DNA of 57,719 bases from Anaerolineales bacterium (GTDB lineage Bacteria > Chloroflexota > Anaerolineae > Anaerolineales > E44-bin32). A program made the translations under genes and the position numbers. Shown piece after piece: positions 8,115 to 19,452 of the stretch (the first letter of the stretch is position 1; each line of letters starts with the position of its first letter). The stretch is taken from assembly GCA_041302385.1 (NCBI GenBank), contig JBFYRF010000019.1, positions 1 to 57,719 of the forward strand, given 5' to 3'. Under the pieces are notes generated by a model. It was not told the origin of the DNA. It did no database searches and worked only from the letters and a program-made list of their open reading frames with translations.

Positions 8115-9313
8115 GCGGGTGGTGGCTGAACGCCCGTGGGCAGGTGCAGCACGTCGATACGTGCCAGAGGCGGGGCAGGCTCCGCCGCCAGCGACACCAA
8201 CGTTAGCTTGCGTGCGCGCTGACGAAGGCGCGCAATCGCCTCCAACGTCTCCGGGTTGATGATGGAGGTCACCACGACCAGGGAGGCGCCATATTCCAAC
8301 GAGGGCGTCTCCCGCAGAAGGAACCTGTCGAAAGGTGTCGGGATCAGGTACGTCAGACCAGCAAGCGCCTCCAGCAGCCTGGCCAGGTGCCCCGGCGCCC
8401 GGCTGGGCGCAAAGCGGAAGGGACGCCCGGAACGGGCGACGCTTCCGTTGGAGACAAGCCCGACGCGGTAGCCCTGCTGGTGGGCTGCGTAGACGAGCGA
8501 AGCCGCTGTCTCCACCAGCCGTTCCAGCCGGTCCTTGTCCACACCCATCCATGCTTGGGCATACGTGGCAGCGTTGAGGAACAGGATCAGGTCCAGCCCG
8601 GCGACTGGCTGGAAGACCCTGGACTGCAGCCTGGCGGAGCGCGCCGACGCCGGCCAGTGGATGCGCCGAAATCCGTCCTCCGGCCGATAGTCGCGCACGC
8701 CGGAGGGCAGCAGCGGATCGTCATACAGTCTGCGTGGGGAGCGGCGCACGCCGAAGGGATCCTCGGGCCGGATCCCCAGGTCGGCGAGCGGACTCACCCT
8801 TGGGAAGACGACCAGCTGATCCTTGTGCGCCTGGACTGTCTCCGATTGAAAGAGGCCGAATCCATCGCCGCTCGCCAGCCAGGCCGGACCCAGCAGGTGC
8901 ACGCCGCGCTTGCTCAGGGCAAGCGTGATGTCCCGCCGCACTCGGGAGCGCCCCTGCAGTGACAACACCAGATGCAGATTGCCGTACCCGGAAACATGCG
9001 AGGGCGAGAGCAGAGATCTGTCTTCGGGCGCGACGTCAAGCGGCCAGCGGTCGACGATCCGCAGCCAGGCAAGCGGCAACCGTTTGCGGTTCTCCACACG
9101 AAGTCGGCAGGCGATCTGCTCGCCCGGGAAACCGCGCCGGTGAGAGAGCCGGCGTTGGTAGCCCACGCCCCTCAGCGCCTGGCGATTCCATACCCAGGCC
9201 GCTCCCACCCCGACCGCAGTCAGGGCGGACAGGACGAGCAGGCCCGGCGACTCGGCAAGATAACCCAGGCACACAAGCAGCACGGCGACGCGCAGCCACC
9301 AGCTTCCGCCCAC
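8111..9313 (-). CDS. DUF58 domain protein (vWA-like, MoxR-associated)
   Basis: 400 aa with two N-terminal TM helices. It carries the characteristic DYRPEDGFRRIHWPASARSARLQSRVF motif and sits immediately downstream of MoxR. The start is GTG. Confidence 0.85.
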   Translation of the reverse strand: MGGSWWLRVAVLLVCLGYLAESPGLLVLSALTAVGVGAAWVWNRQALRGVGYQRRLSHRRGFPGEQIACRLRVENRKRLPLAWLRIVDRWPLDVAPEDRSLLSPSHVSGYGNLHLVLSLQGRSRVRRDITLALSKRGVHLLGPAWLASGDGFGLFQSETVQAHKDQLVVFPRVSPLADLGIRPEDPFGVRRSPRRLYDDPLLPSGVRDYRPEDGFRRIHWPASARSARLQSRVFQPVAGLDLILFLNAATYAQAWMGVDKDRLERLVETAASLVYAAHQQGYRVGLVSNGSVARSGRPFRFAPSRAPGHLARLLEALAGLTYLIPTPFDRFLLRETPSLEYGASLVVVTSIINPETLEAIARLRQRARKLTLVSLAAEPAPPLARIDVLHLPTGVQPPPA

Positions 9314-9317
9314 GTGG

Positions 9318-10253
<936 letters not shown>

Positions 10254-10399
10254 GGTTCGCCTTTCGGGTTAGAGGGGTTGTGCAACCGATCAAGGTGGGG
10301 AGTCACCCTGGGCGGCGCGACCACCGCTGCCGCGCCAAGTCGAGGCGAGTATAGCACGCGCCCGGACGCCGGATGCTATAATCCCTCGCTCCTGCCATT

Positions 10400-13186
10400 A
10401 TGCGGACGCTGGTTGCGCTCGATCTGGAAACTACCGGGCTGGATCCGGTGCGGGATGCCATCCTGGAGATCGGCGCCCTGCGCTTCCGCGGGGCGCGGGT
10501 TGAGAAAAGCCTGAGCCAGCTGGTAAACCCCGGCCGGCCGATTCCCCCCTTCATCACTCAACTGACCGGCATCGACGACAGCATGGTCACCTCCGCACCC
10601 CGCCTGTCTGTCGTGCTTGGCGAACTGGTCGAATTGATCGGCGACGCGCCGGTGATCGGACACAACATCGCCTTCGACCTGGCGTTCCTGCAGCGGCGAG
10701 GACTGCTGGCCGATGCCCTGGGGATCGACACCTTCGACCTGGCCTCGGTGATGCTGCCCTCGATCGGGCGCTACGGCCTGGGCGCGATCGCCCGTCAGCT
10801 TGGCATCCCCGTGCCGGCCTCGCATCGCGCCCTGGCGGATGCCCAGACCACGCACCAGGTGTTCCTGCAGATGGTTGAGCGGGCGCGCCAGTTGCCGCAG
10901 GAGATCCTCGAGGAGATCGTCCGCCTGGGGGAGGAAATGGAATGGGGCGGCGGCTGGCTGTTCGAAGAAGCGCTGGCCGAACGCCAGGCGGTGGAGCCCG
11001 GCCCGATCGCCAGCCCCGCCTCCGGCAGGCTGCTTCATGCCGTCGAGTTCGAGCCCACCACCCCGTTGCAGCCACGGGATCCACTTCTGCCCCTGGATGT
11101 CGAGGAACTGGCAGCGGTGCTCGAGCCGGGCGGTCTGCTGGCCCACCACTTTCCGGGCTATGAGCACCGAGCCGAGCAAGTGAGCATGCTGCGGGCGGTC
11201 GCCGGTGCGCTGTCCGATGGACGCCATCTGCTGGTCGAGGCGGGTACGGGCACCGGCAAGTCGATCGCCTATCTGATTCCTGCGCTGGCATGGGGAGAAC
11301 TCAACGGCCAGCGCGTCGTTGTCTCCACCAACACCATTAATCTGCAGGATCAACTGTGCAACAAGGACGTGCCCGACCTGCGCCTGGCACTGGGCAAGGA
11401 CTACCGGGTGGCGATCCTGAAAGGCCGATCCAACTACCTGTGCCCGCGCCGCATGGACGCCGCCCGTCACCTGGGGCCCCGGTCGCCGGAGGAAATGCGT
11501 GTGCTCGCCAAGCTGCTGGTCTGGCTTTCCGCGGGCGGGAGCGGTGACCGGACCGAAATCAGCCTGGCCGGGCCGGCGGAAGCCGCGGCCTGGAGCCGCC
11601 TGTCGGCCGACAGTGATGAGTGCACCCCGGAAACCTGCCAGGCGTTCACCGAAGGTGTCTGCCCCTACTACCAGGCGCGGCGCGCCGCCGAACAGGCGCA
11701 TCTGATTGTGGTCAATCACGCCTTGCTGTTGGCCGACATCGCCACCGGCAACCGGGTGATCCCAGAGTATGACTACCTGGTGGTCGATGAGGCCCATCAC
11801 CTCGAATCCGCCGCCACCAAAGGCCTGAGCCTACAGGTGACCGAGGCCGAGCTGCAGCGGGTTTTGGCCGAGGTCACCGGACCCCATACAGGGCTGCTGT
11901 CCCTGGTGCGCGCCGAGTTCAGGCACCTGGCCGGCGAGCGCAGCGGCCTGACGCGTGCCCTGCGCGCCTGCAGCGACGACGGACTGGCGGCCAGAGACCT
12001 GGTCACCCGCCTGTTCGCCGCGCTCACCGGATTCATGGCCGATCGGCGCGAGGGCAAGGAGATCAGCCCCTTCGGGCAGCAGGAGCGTGTGCTGCCCTCC
12101 ACGCGCACGATCCTCTCCTGGGGCGAGGTCGAGCGGGTGTGGGAGGATCTGCGCGGCGGTCTCCTCGGCCTGGCCGAGAAGCTCGCCGCCGTCAGCCAGA
12201 CGCTGGAGGACAACCTGGCCGGCCAGAGCGATCTGGAAGAAGACCTGGTGGTCTCGCTGCGCGCGGCCTCGCGCACGGTGGCCGCGCTGCACAGCAGCCT
12301 GGAGGGGTTCATCTTCGAGCCAGATGCACAGACCATCTACTGGATCGAGATTCAGCCCTCCGGCACCCGCATGTCGATCAACGCCGCCCCGCTGGATGTC
12401 GGCCCGCTGGTGCAGCGCCATCTGTGGCACGCCAAGTCCAGCGTGGTGATGACCTCGGCCACCCTGACAACCGCCGGGAATTTCGACTACCTGCGCCGCA
12501 GGCTGAAGGCCGAGGAAGCGGATGAGCTGGCAGTCGACTCGCCGTTCGACTACGAGAACTCCACCCTGCTCTATCTGGTAAACGACATCCCCGAGCCGGT
12601 CGATCGCCAGGCCTACCAGCGTCTGCTCGAGCAGGGCTTGATCAATGTCAGCCGGGCCACGCACGGCCGGATGCTGGTGCTGTTCACCTCCCACGACCAA
12701 CTGCGGCGGACCGCTTCCGCCATCAGCGCCCCGCTCGCCGGCGACGGGATCCTGGTGATCGACCAGAGTGAGGGCGTCTCGCGCTACGCCCTGCTCGAGC
12801 AGTTCCGCACGACCGAGCAGGCGGTGCTGCTCGGGACCCGCTCGTTCTGGGAGGGAGTCGATGTCCCGGGCGAGGCGCTATCGGTGCTGGCGATCGCACG
12901 CCTCCCATTCGACGTGCCCACCGATCCAATCATCGCCTCCCGGGCGGAGTCCTTCGACTCTCCCTTCGACGAGTACCACGTCCCGGAGGCGATTCTGCGC
13001 TTCCGTCAGGGTTTCGGCCGGTTGATCCGGACTCGCTCTGACCGCGGCGTCGTGGTTTGCCTCGATCGGCGCATCCTGAGCAAGCGCTACGGGCAGGCTT
13101 TTCTGCGATCGCTGCCCCGCTGCACCCAGCGCGTCGGGCCGATGAGCGACTTGCCGCGCTCCGCCGCGCGTTGGCTCGGCGCCTGA
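10400..13186 (+). CDS. dinG: DinG-family ATP-dependent DNA helicase with N-terminal DnaQ-like 3'-5' exonuclease domain
   Basis: The N-terminus has VALDLETTGLDP...GHNIAFDLAFL...HRALADA (Exo I-III). The helicase has AGTGTGKS, a Cys-rich insert (CPRR...C..C...C) and the DEAH box VVDEAHHL. Confidence 0.9.
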   Translation: MRTLVALDLETTGLDPVRDAILEIGALRFRGARVEKSLSQLVNPGRPIPPFITQLTGIDDSMVTSAPRLSVVLGELVELIGDAPVIGHNIAFDLAFLQRRGLLADALGIDTFDLASVMLPSIGRYGLGAIARQLGIPVPASHRALADAQTTHQVFLQMVERARQLPQEILEEIVRLGEEMEWGGGWLFEEALAERQAVEPGPIASPASGRLLHAVEFEPTTPLQPRDPLLPLDVEELAAVLEPGGLLAHHFPGYEHRAEQVSMLRAVAGALSDGRHLLVEAGTGTGKSIAYLIPALAWGELNGQRVVVSTNTINLQDQLCNKDVPDLRLALGKDYRVAILKGRSNYLCPRRMDAARHLGPRSPEEMRVLAKLLVWLSAGGSGDRTEISLAGPAEAAAWSRLSADSDECTPETCQAFTEGVCPYYQARRAAEQAHLIVVNHALLLADIATGNRVIPEYDYLVVDEAHHLESAATKGLSLQVTEAELQRVLAEVTGPHTGLLSLVRAEFRHLAGERSGLTRALRACSDDGLAARDLVTRLFAALTGFMADRREGKEISPFGQQERVLPSTRTILSWGEVERVWEDLRGGLLGLAEKLAAVSQTLEDNLAGQSDLEEDLVVSLRAASRTVAALHSSLEGFIFEPDAQTIYWIEIQPSGTRMSINAAPLDVGPLVQRHLWHAKSSVVMTSATLTTAGNFDYLRRRLKAEEADELAVDSPFDYENSTLLYLVNDIPEPVDRQAYQRLLEQGLINVSRATHGRMLVLFTSHDQLRRTASAISAPLAGDGILVIDQSEGVSRYALLEQFRTTEQAVLLGTRSFWEGVDVPGEALSVLAIARLPFDVPTDPIIASRAESFDSPFDEYHVPEAILRFRQGFGRLIRTRSDRGVVVCLDRRILSKRYGQAFLRSLPRCTQRVGPMSDLPRSAARWLGA

Positions 13187-13259
13187 CCTGCCGTCCCGGC
13201 TGCAACCCGCCCGGGGCCGGGCACATCCAGCGGCAGACGCCCCGATCCCCTTCCGGCAA

Positions 13260-13289
13260 TTGACCCTCTCCACCCGGGGCGGCTATAAT
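13260..13289 (+). promoter_or_regulatory. Putative sigma-70 promoter upstream of efp
   Basis: TTGACC (13260-13265), an 18-nt spacer, then TATAAT (13284-13289). This predicts a leader of about 28 nt before the GTG start of efp. Confidence 0.55.
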
Positions 13290-13323
13290 CCGCTGCAATG
13301 TCCACTTCTGGGAGCAACAATCC

Positions 13324-13881
13324 GTGATTGATGTCAACGATCTTCGCAAGGGCGTGACATTCGAATTCGACGGGAACCTGTATAAAGTCCTCGAGTACTC
13401 GCATCACAAGCCGGGCCGGGGCAACGCCACGATCCGCACCAAGCTCCGGAATCTGCGCACCGGCTCGGTCATCGAACGCACTTTCACCTCGGGCGAGCGC
13501 GTGCCCGACATCCGCCTCGACCACCACATCGTCCAGTTTCTGTACTCGGACGGCAACCTGTTCCACTTCATGGATACTGAGACCTATGAGCAGCCGGTGC
13601 TCAACCGCTCGGTGCTCGGCGATGCCGTCGACTACCTCAAGGACGGGCTGGAGGTCAAGCTCACCTTCTTCAAGTCCGAGCCGCTGGACATCGAGCTGCC
13701 GACGGCGGTGGATCTCAAGGTGGTCGAAGCCGAGTTCGCCGTCAAGGGTGACACCGCCACCGGCGCGACCAAGAGCGTGGTCACCGAGACCGGCCTCAAG
13801 GTGCAGGTCCCGCTCTTCGTTGAGAATGGCTCCACGATCCGGGTCGACACACGGTCCGGTCAGTACCTGACCCGCGTCTGA
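13324..13881 (+). CDS. efp: Translation elongation factor P
   Basis: 185 aa with EF-P sequence throughout (DLRKGVTFEFDGNLYKVLEYSHHKPGRGNATIRTKLRNLRTG...). The start is GTG. Confidence 0.95.
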   Translation: MIDVNDLRKGVTFEFDGNLYKVLEYSHHKPGRGNATIRTKLRNLRTGSVIERTFTSGERVPDIRLDHHIVQFLYSDGNLFHFMDTETYEQPVLNRSVLGDAVDYLKDGLEVKLTFFKSEPLDIELPTAVDLKVVEAEFAVKGDTATGATKSVVTETGLKVQVPLFVENGSTIRVDTRSGQYLTRV

Positions 13882-13901
13882 TCCCGGCCAGGACCTGTCC
13901 A

Positions 13902-14228
13902 TTGCGCACTCCAGCCGGGACCGACTGCCCCTTCTACCACGCTGATTTCCACCGCGGCGCCAATCGCCAGGAATGCCGCCTGATCGAGCGCAACCCCGCC
14001 AGCGGACAATGGACGCCGGACCTATGCGCGGGCTGCCCGGTGCCGCGCATCCTGCTGGCCAACGGGTGCCGCAACCTGGTGCTCGAGGCCCGCGTCCAGA
14101 AGGGCATTCTGGGACTGGGCAGACGGGTCGAGGTGCGCGCCAGCTGCACCCAGTCGGGCGCCGCAGTCGCCGAGCCGGAAGTCGGCTGCGGAGAATGCCA
14201 CAGCCTGAGCTTCTCCGTCCATGAGTGA
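13902..14228 (+). CDS. Cysteine-rich hypothetical protein (8 Cys, 108 aa)
   Basis: ORF track 13902..14228 with a TTG start 20 nt after the efp stop. Third codon positions are strongly G/C. Its 3' end overlaps the next gene's ATG by 8 nt. Cys motifs include CPFY, CAGCP and CGEC. I recognise no family. Confidence 0.5.
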   Translation: MRTPAGTDCPFYHADFHRGANRQECRLIERNPASGQWTPDLCAGCPVPRILLANGCRNLVLEARVQKGILGLGRRVEVRASCTQSGAAVAEPEVGCGECHSLSFSVHE

Positions 14229-15432
14229 CCACGTGATCCGGGCGGTGCTGTTCGACCTGGATGACACGCTGCTGTCGAACGACATGGACCGCTTCCTGCC
14301 TGCCTACCTGCAGCTGTTGGCGCAGGAGATGGCAGACCTCGTTCCGCCCGAGCGGCTGGTGGCGGAACTGCTGCGCGGCACGGCGGTCATGCTGGCCAAC
14401 CGCAATCCGGAGAGGACCCTCCAGCAGGTGTTCTCCGAGGTGTTCTATCCGGCGGTGGAAACGAGCGAGCAGACCCTTGCCCCGCGCTTCGAGGCCTTCT
14501 ACCGCGGCCGGTTTGACCAACTGCGGGAGGTCACCTGTCCCCGCTCCGTGGCGCCGGCCGTCGTCGAATCGATCCACTCGGCCGGTTACCTCCTAGGCGT
14601 GGCGACCAACCCCATGATGCCGGCCATCGCCGTCACCGCCCGCCTTCGCTGGGCCGGCCTGCCCAGCGAGAGCGTCCCGTTCGCGCTGATCGCCAGCTTT
14701 GAGCACTTCCATTTCGCCAAGCCCGACCCGGCGTTCTTCGTCGAGATGACCGCTCGCTTGGGCCTCTCGCCGGCGCAGGCGGCCATGGTCGGAAACTCGC
14801 TGACAGACGATATCGAACCAGCCGCCCGGCTGGGAATGCCGACCTTCCTCGTGGGCGACCCGGCTGCACCAGTCGGGGCAGCCAGTCCCCTGGGCGAAGT
14901 CCCCCCCTGGGTCAGCACATTGGAGCAGGCACGCCCCGACCCGACTGGCGATGGCGTGGCGCTCGAGGCCCGCCTGCGGGGCGACCTGGCGGCGCTGCGC
15001 ACCCTGTGCCTCGACCTGAGCTCAACCGGATGGACCTCCCCGGGCGCGGACTCCGGTTGGTCTGCCACCGAGATTGTCTGCCATCTGCGCGACGTCGACC
15101 GCGAGGTGACCTTGCCACGCCTGGAAGCCGTTCTGTCCCAGGACAATCCGTTCCTGCCGGCATCGGATTCGGACCAGTGGGCCGGCGCGCGCGCCTACCG
15201 CAAGCAGTCGGGCATTGGCGCCCTGCACGACTTCACTGCGGCCCGTCGGGAACTGCTCGCCCGGCTGAGGGCGCTCGGGCCAGAGGCCTGGCAGCGGCCG
15301 GCGCGGCATGCCTTGCTGGGCCCAATTCTGCTGCATGAGCTGATGCATATCGTCGCCGAGCATGATGTGCTTCACCTTCGACAACTGCTGGCTCTGCCTG
15401 TATCGGCGGGCGGCCGGCCACAATCCATCTGA
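14221..15432 (+). CDS. HAD-superfamily hydrolase fused to a DinB-like four-helix-bundle domain
   Basis: The N-terminus has HAD motif I (VLFDLDDTLL) and later GNSLTDDI. The C-terminal ~170 aa (WSATEIVCHLRDVDREV...LLHELMHIVAEHDVLHLRQL) resembles DinB/DinB_2. Confidence 0.75.
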   Translation: MSDHVIRAVLFDLDDTLLSNDMDRFLPAYLQLLAQEMADLVPPERLVAELLRGTAVMLANRNPERTLQQVFSEVFYPAVETSEQTLAPRFEAFYRGRFDQLREVTCPRSVAPAVVESIHSAGYLLGVATNPMMPAIAVTARLRWAGLPSESVPFALIASFEHFHFAKPDPAFFVEMTARLGLSPAQAAMVGNSLTDDIEPAARLGMPTFLVGDPAAPVGAASPLGEVPPWVSTLEQARPDPTGDGVALEARLRGDLAALRTLCLDLSSTGWTSPGADSGWSATEIVCHLRDVDREVTLPRLEAVLSQDNPFLPASDSDQWAGARAYRKQSGIGALHDFTAARRELLARLRALGPEAWQRPARHALLGPILLHELMHIVAEHDVLHLRQLLALPVSAGGRPQSI

Positions 15433-15483
15433 ACCCCCGTGTCGGTCCGCCAACCCGCATCCGCCAGGACGCCTCCGCCTCCG

Positions 15484-15785
15484 GATGCTCGTCGCCCCTA
15501 CGCAGGCGGGCGCTCAGGCAGAAAGGCGGACGCCCGTCGCGCCTCACGCTCGACGGCAAGGCTCCCCTGGATCCCCGCGCCACTCCGCTGCCCTGCGGGG
15601 CTCGGCGGCTTGCGCCAGGATGACGACTCGTCCAAGTGCTCGTCGCCCCTGCGCAGGCAGTGGCCCAGGCGGAGTGGCAGGCACCCCGCGGGCCTCCCGC
15701 CGGACAGCAGAGCTCCCCTGGATCCCCGCGCCACTCGCCTTCAGCCAGGGCTCCCCGGCCTGCGCGGGCAGGATGAGGAACGCGA
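15484..15785. repeat. Two tandem, diverged copies of a ~151-bp GC-rich intergenic unit
   Basis: GCTCGTCGCCCCT(A/G)CGCAGGC occurs at 15487 and 15638. GCTCCCCTGGATCCCCGCGCCACTC occurs at 15561 and 15712. The offset is 151 bp in both cases, and each unit ends in ...CAGGATGA(C/G)GA. Confidence 0.7.
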
Positions 15786-15919
15786 TGGCCGGCAATGGTC
15801 AAATCGCGGTTGGGGAGATCGGTCCCCTACCACGCCGTTCCCCCTAGCCGGCCGGGACCATGCTCAATTGCGGGCAGCGCACGCCCTTGGCCGAACCTTG
15901 CAGGAGCGAATGCGTTTCC

Positions 15920-15948
15920 TTTACACCCCCTCCGGCGCTGGATATAAT
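15920..15948 (+). promoter_or_regulatory. Putative sigma-70 promoter of tRNA-Leu
   Basis: TTTACA (15920-15925), a 17-nt spacer, then TATAAT (15943-15948). The predicted TSS (~15955) is about 2 nt upstream of the mature tRNA 5' end. Confidence 0.55.
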
Positions 15949-15956
15949 CCGCCGAG

Positions 15957-16038
15957 GGGGAAGTGCTGGAATTGGCAGACAGGCGTGACTTAGGATCACG
16001 TGCCGCAAGGCGTGAGGGTTCAAGTCCCTCCTTCCCCA
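15957..16038 (+). tRNA. tRNA-Leu (anticodon UAG), type II with long variable arm
   Basis: Hand-folded cloverleaf. Acceptor GGGGAAG/CTTCCCC; D stem CTG/CAG with AATTGGCAGA loop; anticodon stem CGTGA/TCACG with loop CT-TAG-GA. The variable arm is GCC-GCAA-GGC, the T arm GAGGG-TTCAAGT-CCCTC, and the discriminator A. The 3' CCA is not fully encoded (acc-t). Confidence 0.9.
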
Positions 16039-16123
16039 CCTGGTCCTTTGGGGCAGTTCCGCACCGACCCACCCTGATCATGGCCACCCTGCAAACGCAG
16101 GGCTTGGCCCCAGCGAGAGAGGC

Positions 16124-17497
16124 ATGGCACTCAACATCGAGAGGCAAGACCTGGCCGAGCGTCAGGTTCAACTGACCGTCGAGGTCCCTGGGGAGCGCAT
16201 GCAGGGAGCGATGCGCTCGGCTGCCCGCCGCCTGAGCAACAAGACCCGCATCCCCGGGTTTCGCCCGGGTAAGGCGCCTTACGAAATGGTCGTACGCAAG
16301 GTCGGCGAAGAGGCCGTCTTCGACGATGCGGTCGACCAACTCGGTCAGGACATCTACCGTGAGGCCCTCGAGCAATCCGAGATCGACCCCTACGCCCCTG
16401 GCTCGCTGGAGGAGTTGGTCACACGCGACCCTTTGGTCTTACGCTACGTAGTCCCGCTCGAGCCCGAGGTCGAGCTGGGGGACTACGTCAACCTGCGGCT
16501 GCCATTCGAGCCGGATGCGGTAGCCGACGAAGCGCTGGAGGCGTTTCTCGAGGATCTGCGCCAGCGCCAGGCGCTGATGGAGCCGGTCAGCCGGCCGGCC
16601 GCCATGGGCGACGTCGTCGACCTCAAGTTGAGCGCCACCGTCCAGGCAACCGAGGCCGATCCCGAGTCCACGCTGCTGGATGAGCAGCAGGTTCCCCTGC
16701 TCCTGGAGGACGACACCGACTGGCCGTTCAAGGGCGTAGCCGCGCAACTGCAGGGATTATCGGCCGAGGAAGAGCGGACGCTCGAGCACACCTTCCCGGA
16801 GGACTACCCCAACGAGAGCCTGCGCTCGCGCCACGCCGTGTTCCACTTGCGCTGCACGCAGGTCCGCTCGCGCACGGTGCCACAATGGAGCGACGACTTC
16901 GCCCGCTCGCTCGGCGACTTCAGCGATCTGCTCGACCTGCGGGTCAAGGCTCGTCAGTCCCTGCAAGAGCAGGCCAGCCAGGCTGCCGAGCGGGAGTACG
17001 CCCAACGCGTCGTCGAGCAGTTGATCAATCAATCGAGTGTGGTCTTTCCGCCGGTGCTGTTGCGCGAGGAGCAGGACAGCATGCTGCGCGAGCTGGAGCG
17101 CCGCCTGCGCAGTCAGAACCTCAGCCTGGAGGACTACCTGCGCATCGAGCAGAAGAGCCTCGACGATCTGCGAGCGGAGATCGCGCCCAATGCTCGCCGC
17201 AGAGTGCAGCGCGCCCTGGTCATCGGCCGGGTGATCCGGGCCGAGGGCCTGAGCATCAGCGACGAGGAAATCCACAAGCATATTGACGAAATCCTTGGCT
17301 CCTTCGAGGATCCCGCCGGCCAGCTCCGCCAGGCATTCGAGACCCCGGCCGGCCACCAGCGCCTCGCCACCGATCTGGTGTATGACAAGGCAGTCGAGCG
17401 CCTGGTCGCGCTCGCCAAGGGCGAGGGCGCATCCGATGCAACCGACACGGCCCCGCCGACGCAAGCCGAGGCGGCCAGCCAGGAGGAAAGCGCATGA
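16124..17497 (+). CDS. tig: Trigger factor
   Basis: 457 aa. The N-terminal ribosome-binding signature [10 protein letters not shown] is followed by a long acidic helical C-terminal region. The gene sits directly upstream of clpP-clpX, the conserved arrangement. Confidence 0.93.
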   Translation: MALNIERQDLAERQVQLTVEVPGERMQGAMRSAARRLSNKTRIPGFRPGKAPYEMVVRKVGEEAVFDDAVDQLGQDIYREALEQSEIDPYAPGSLEELVTRDPLVLRYVVPLEPEVELGDYVNLRLPFEPDAVADEALEAFLEDLRQRQALMEPVSRPAAMGDVVDLKLSATVQATEADPESTLLDEQQVPLLLEDDTDWPFKGVAAQLQGLSAEEERTLEHTFPEDYPNESLRSRHAVFHLRCTQVRSRTVPQWSDDFARSLGDFSDLLDLRVKARQSLQEQASQAAEREYAQRVVEQLINQSSVVFPPVLLREEQDSMLRELERRLRSQNLSLEDYLRIEQKSLDDLRAEIAPNARRRVQRALVIGRVIRAEGLSISDEEIHKHIDEILGSFEDPAGQLRQAFETPAGHQRLATDLVYDKAVERLVALAKGEGASDATDTAPPTQAEAASQEESA

Positions 17498-18114
17498 GCA
17501 GCAACAATCCCACATCCCTGATCCCGATGGTCATTGAAAGCACCGGCCGCGGCGAGCGGGCGTACGACATCTACTCGCTCCTGCTTAAGGAGCGGATCAT
17601 CTTCCTGGGGACTCCGATCAACGACCAGGTGGCGAACCTGATCGTCGCCCAGCTGTTGTATCTGGACAACGAGGACCCGGAGCGACAGATCCACATGTAC
17701 ATCAACTCCCCCGGCGGTCAGATCTACGCCGGGCTGGCGGTGTATGACACCATGCAGCAGACGCGCGCCCCGATTTCGACCGTTGCCGTGGGCGTGACCG
17801 CTTCCTTCGGCACCGTGCTGCTCGCCGCCGGCACCAAGGGCATGCGCTACGCCCTGCCGCACGCCACGATCCACTTGCACCAACCCCTGGGCGGCGCCCA
17901 GGGACAGGCGACGGACATCGAAATCCAGGCCAAGGAGATCTTGCGCCTGCGTGAAGATCTGAATAACATACTGGCCAAGCACACCGGCCAGTCGCTCGAG
18001 ATGATCGAACGAGACACCGAGCGCGATTTCTACATGGACGGCGAAGCGGCCCAGAAGTACGGGCTGGTGGACCATGTGCTCTACCCCGGCCAGACGCGGG
18101 GCGACAAGGAGTAG
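17494..18114 (+). CDS. clpP: ATP-dependent Clp protease proteolytic subunit ClpP
   Basis: [36 protein letters not shown]...[32 protein letters not shown]. The catalytic Ser/His context is present. The start overlaps the tig stop. Confidence 0.97.
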   Translation: MSSNNPTSLIPMVIESTGRGERAYDIYSLLLKERIIFLGTPINDQVANLIVAQLLYLDNEDPERQIHMYINSPGGQIYAGLAVYDTMQQTRAPISTVAVGVTASFGTVLLAAGTKGMRYALPHATIHLHQPLGGAQGQATDIEIQAKEILRLREDLNNILAKHTGQSLEMIERDTERDFYMDGEAAQKYGLVDHVLYPGQTRGDKE

Positions 18115-18127
18115 GCGGACACAGGGC

Positions 18128-19432
<1,305 letters not shown>

Positions 19433-19452
19433 TCCCGCCTTCTCTCCCGCCC

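Noticed and set aside
10376-11800. 474-aa ORF on the minus strand
   Set aside because: It is antisense to the dinG exonuclease/helicase gene. The composition is low-complexity, no family is recognisable, and it overlaps a confidently called gene completely.
15433-15956. Integrated element or att site next to tRNA-Leu
   Set aside because: There is no integrase, excisionase or other mobile gene on either side, and no copy of the tRNA 3' end elsewhere in the window. The only structure is the 151-bp tandem repeat upstream of the tRNA, not downstream of it.
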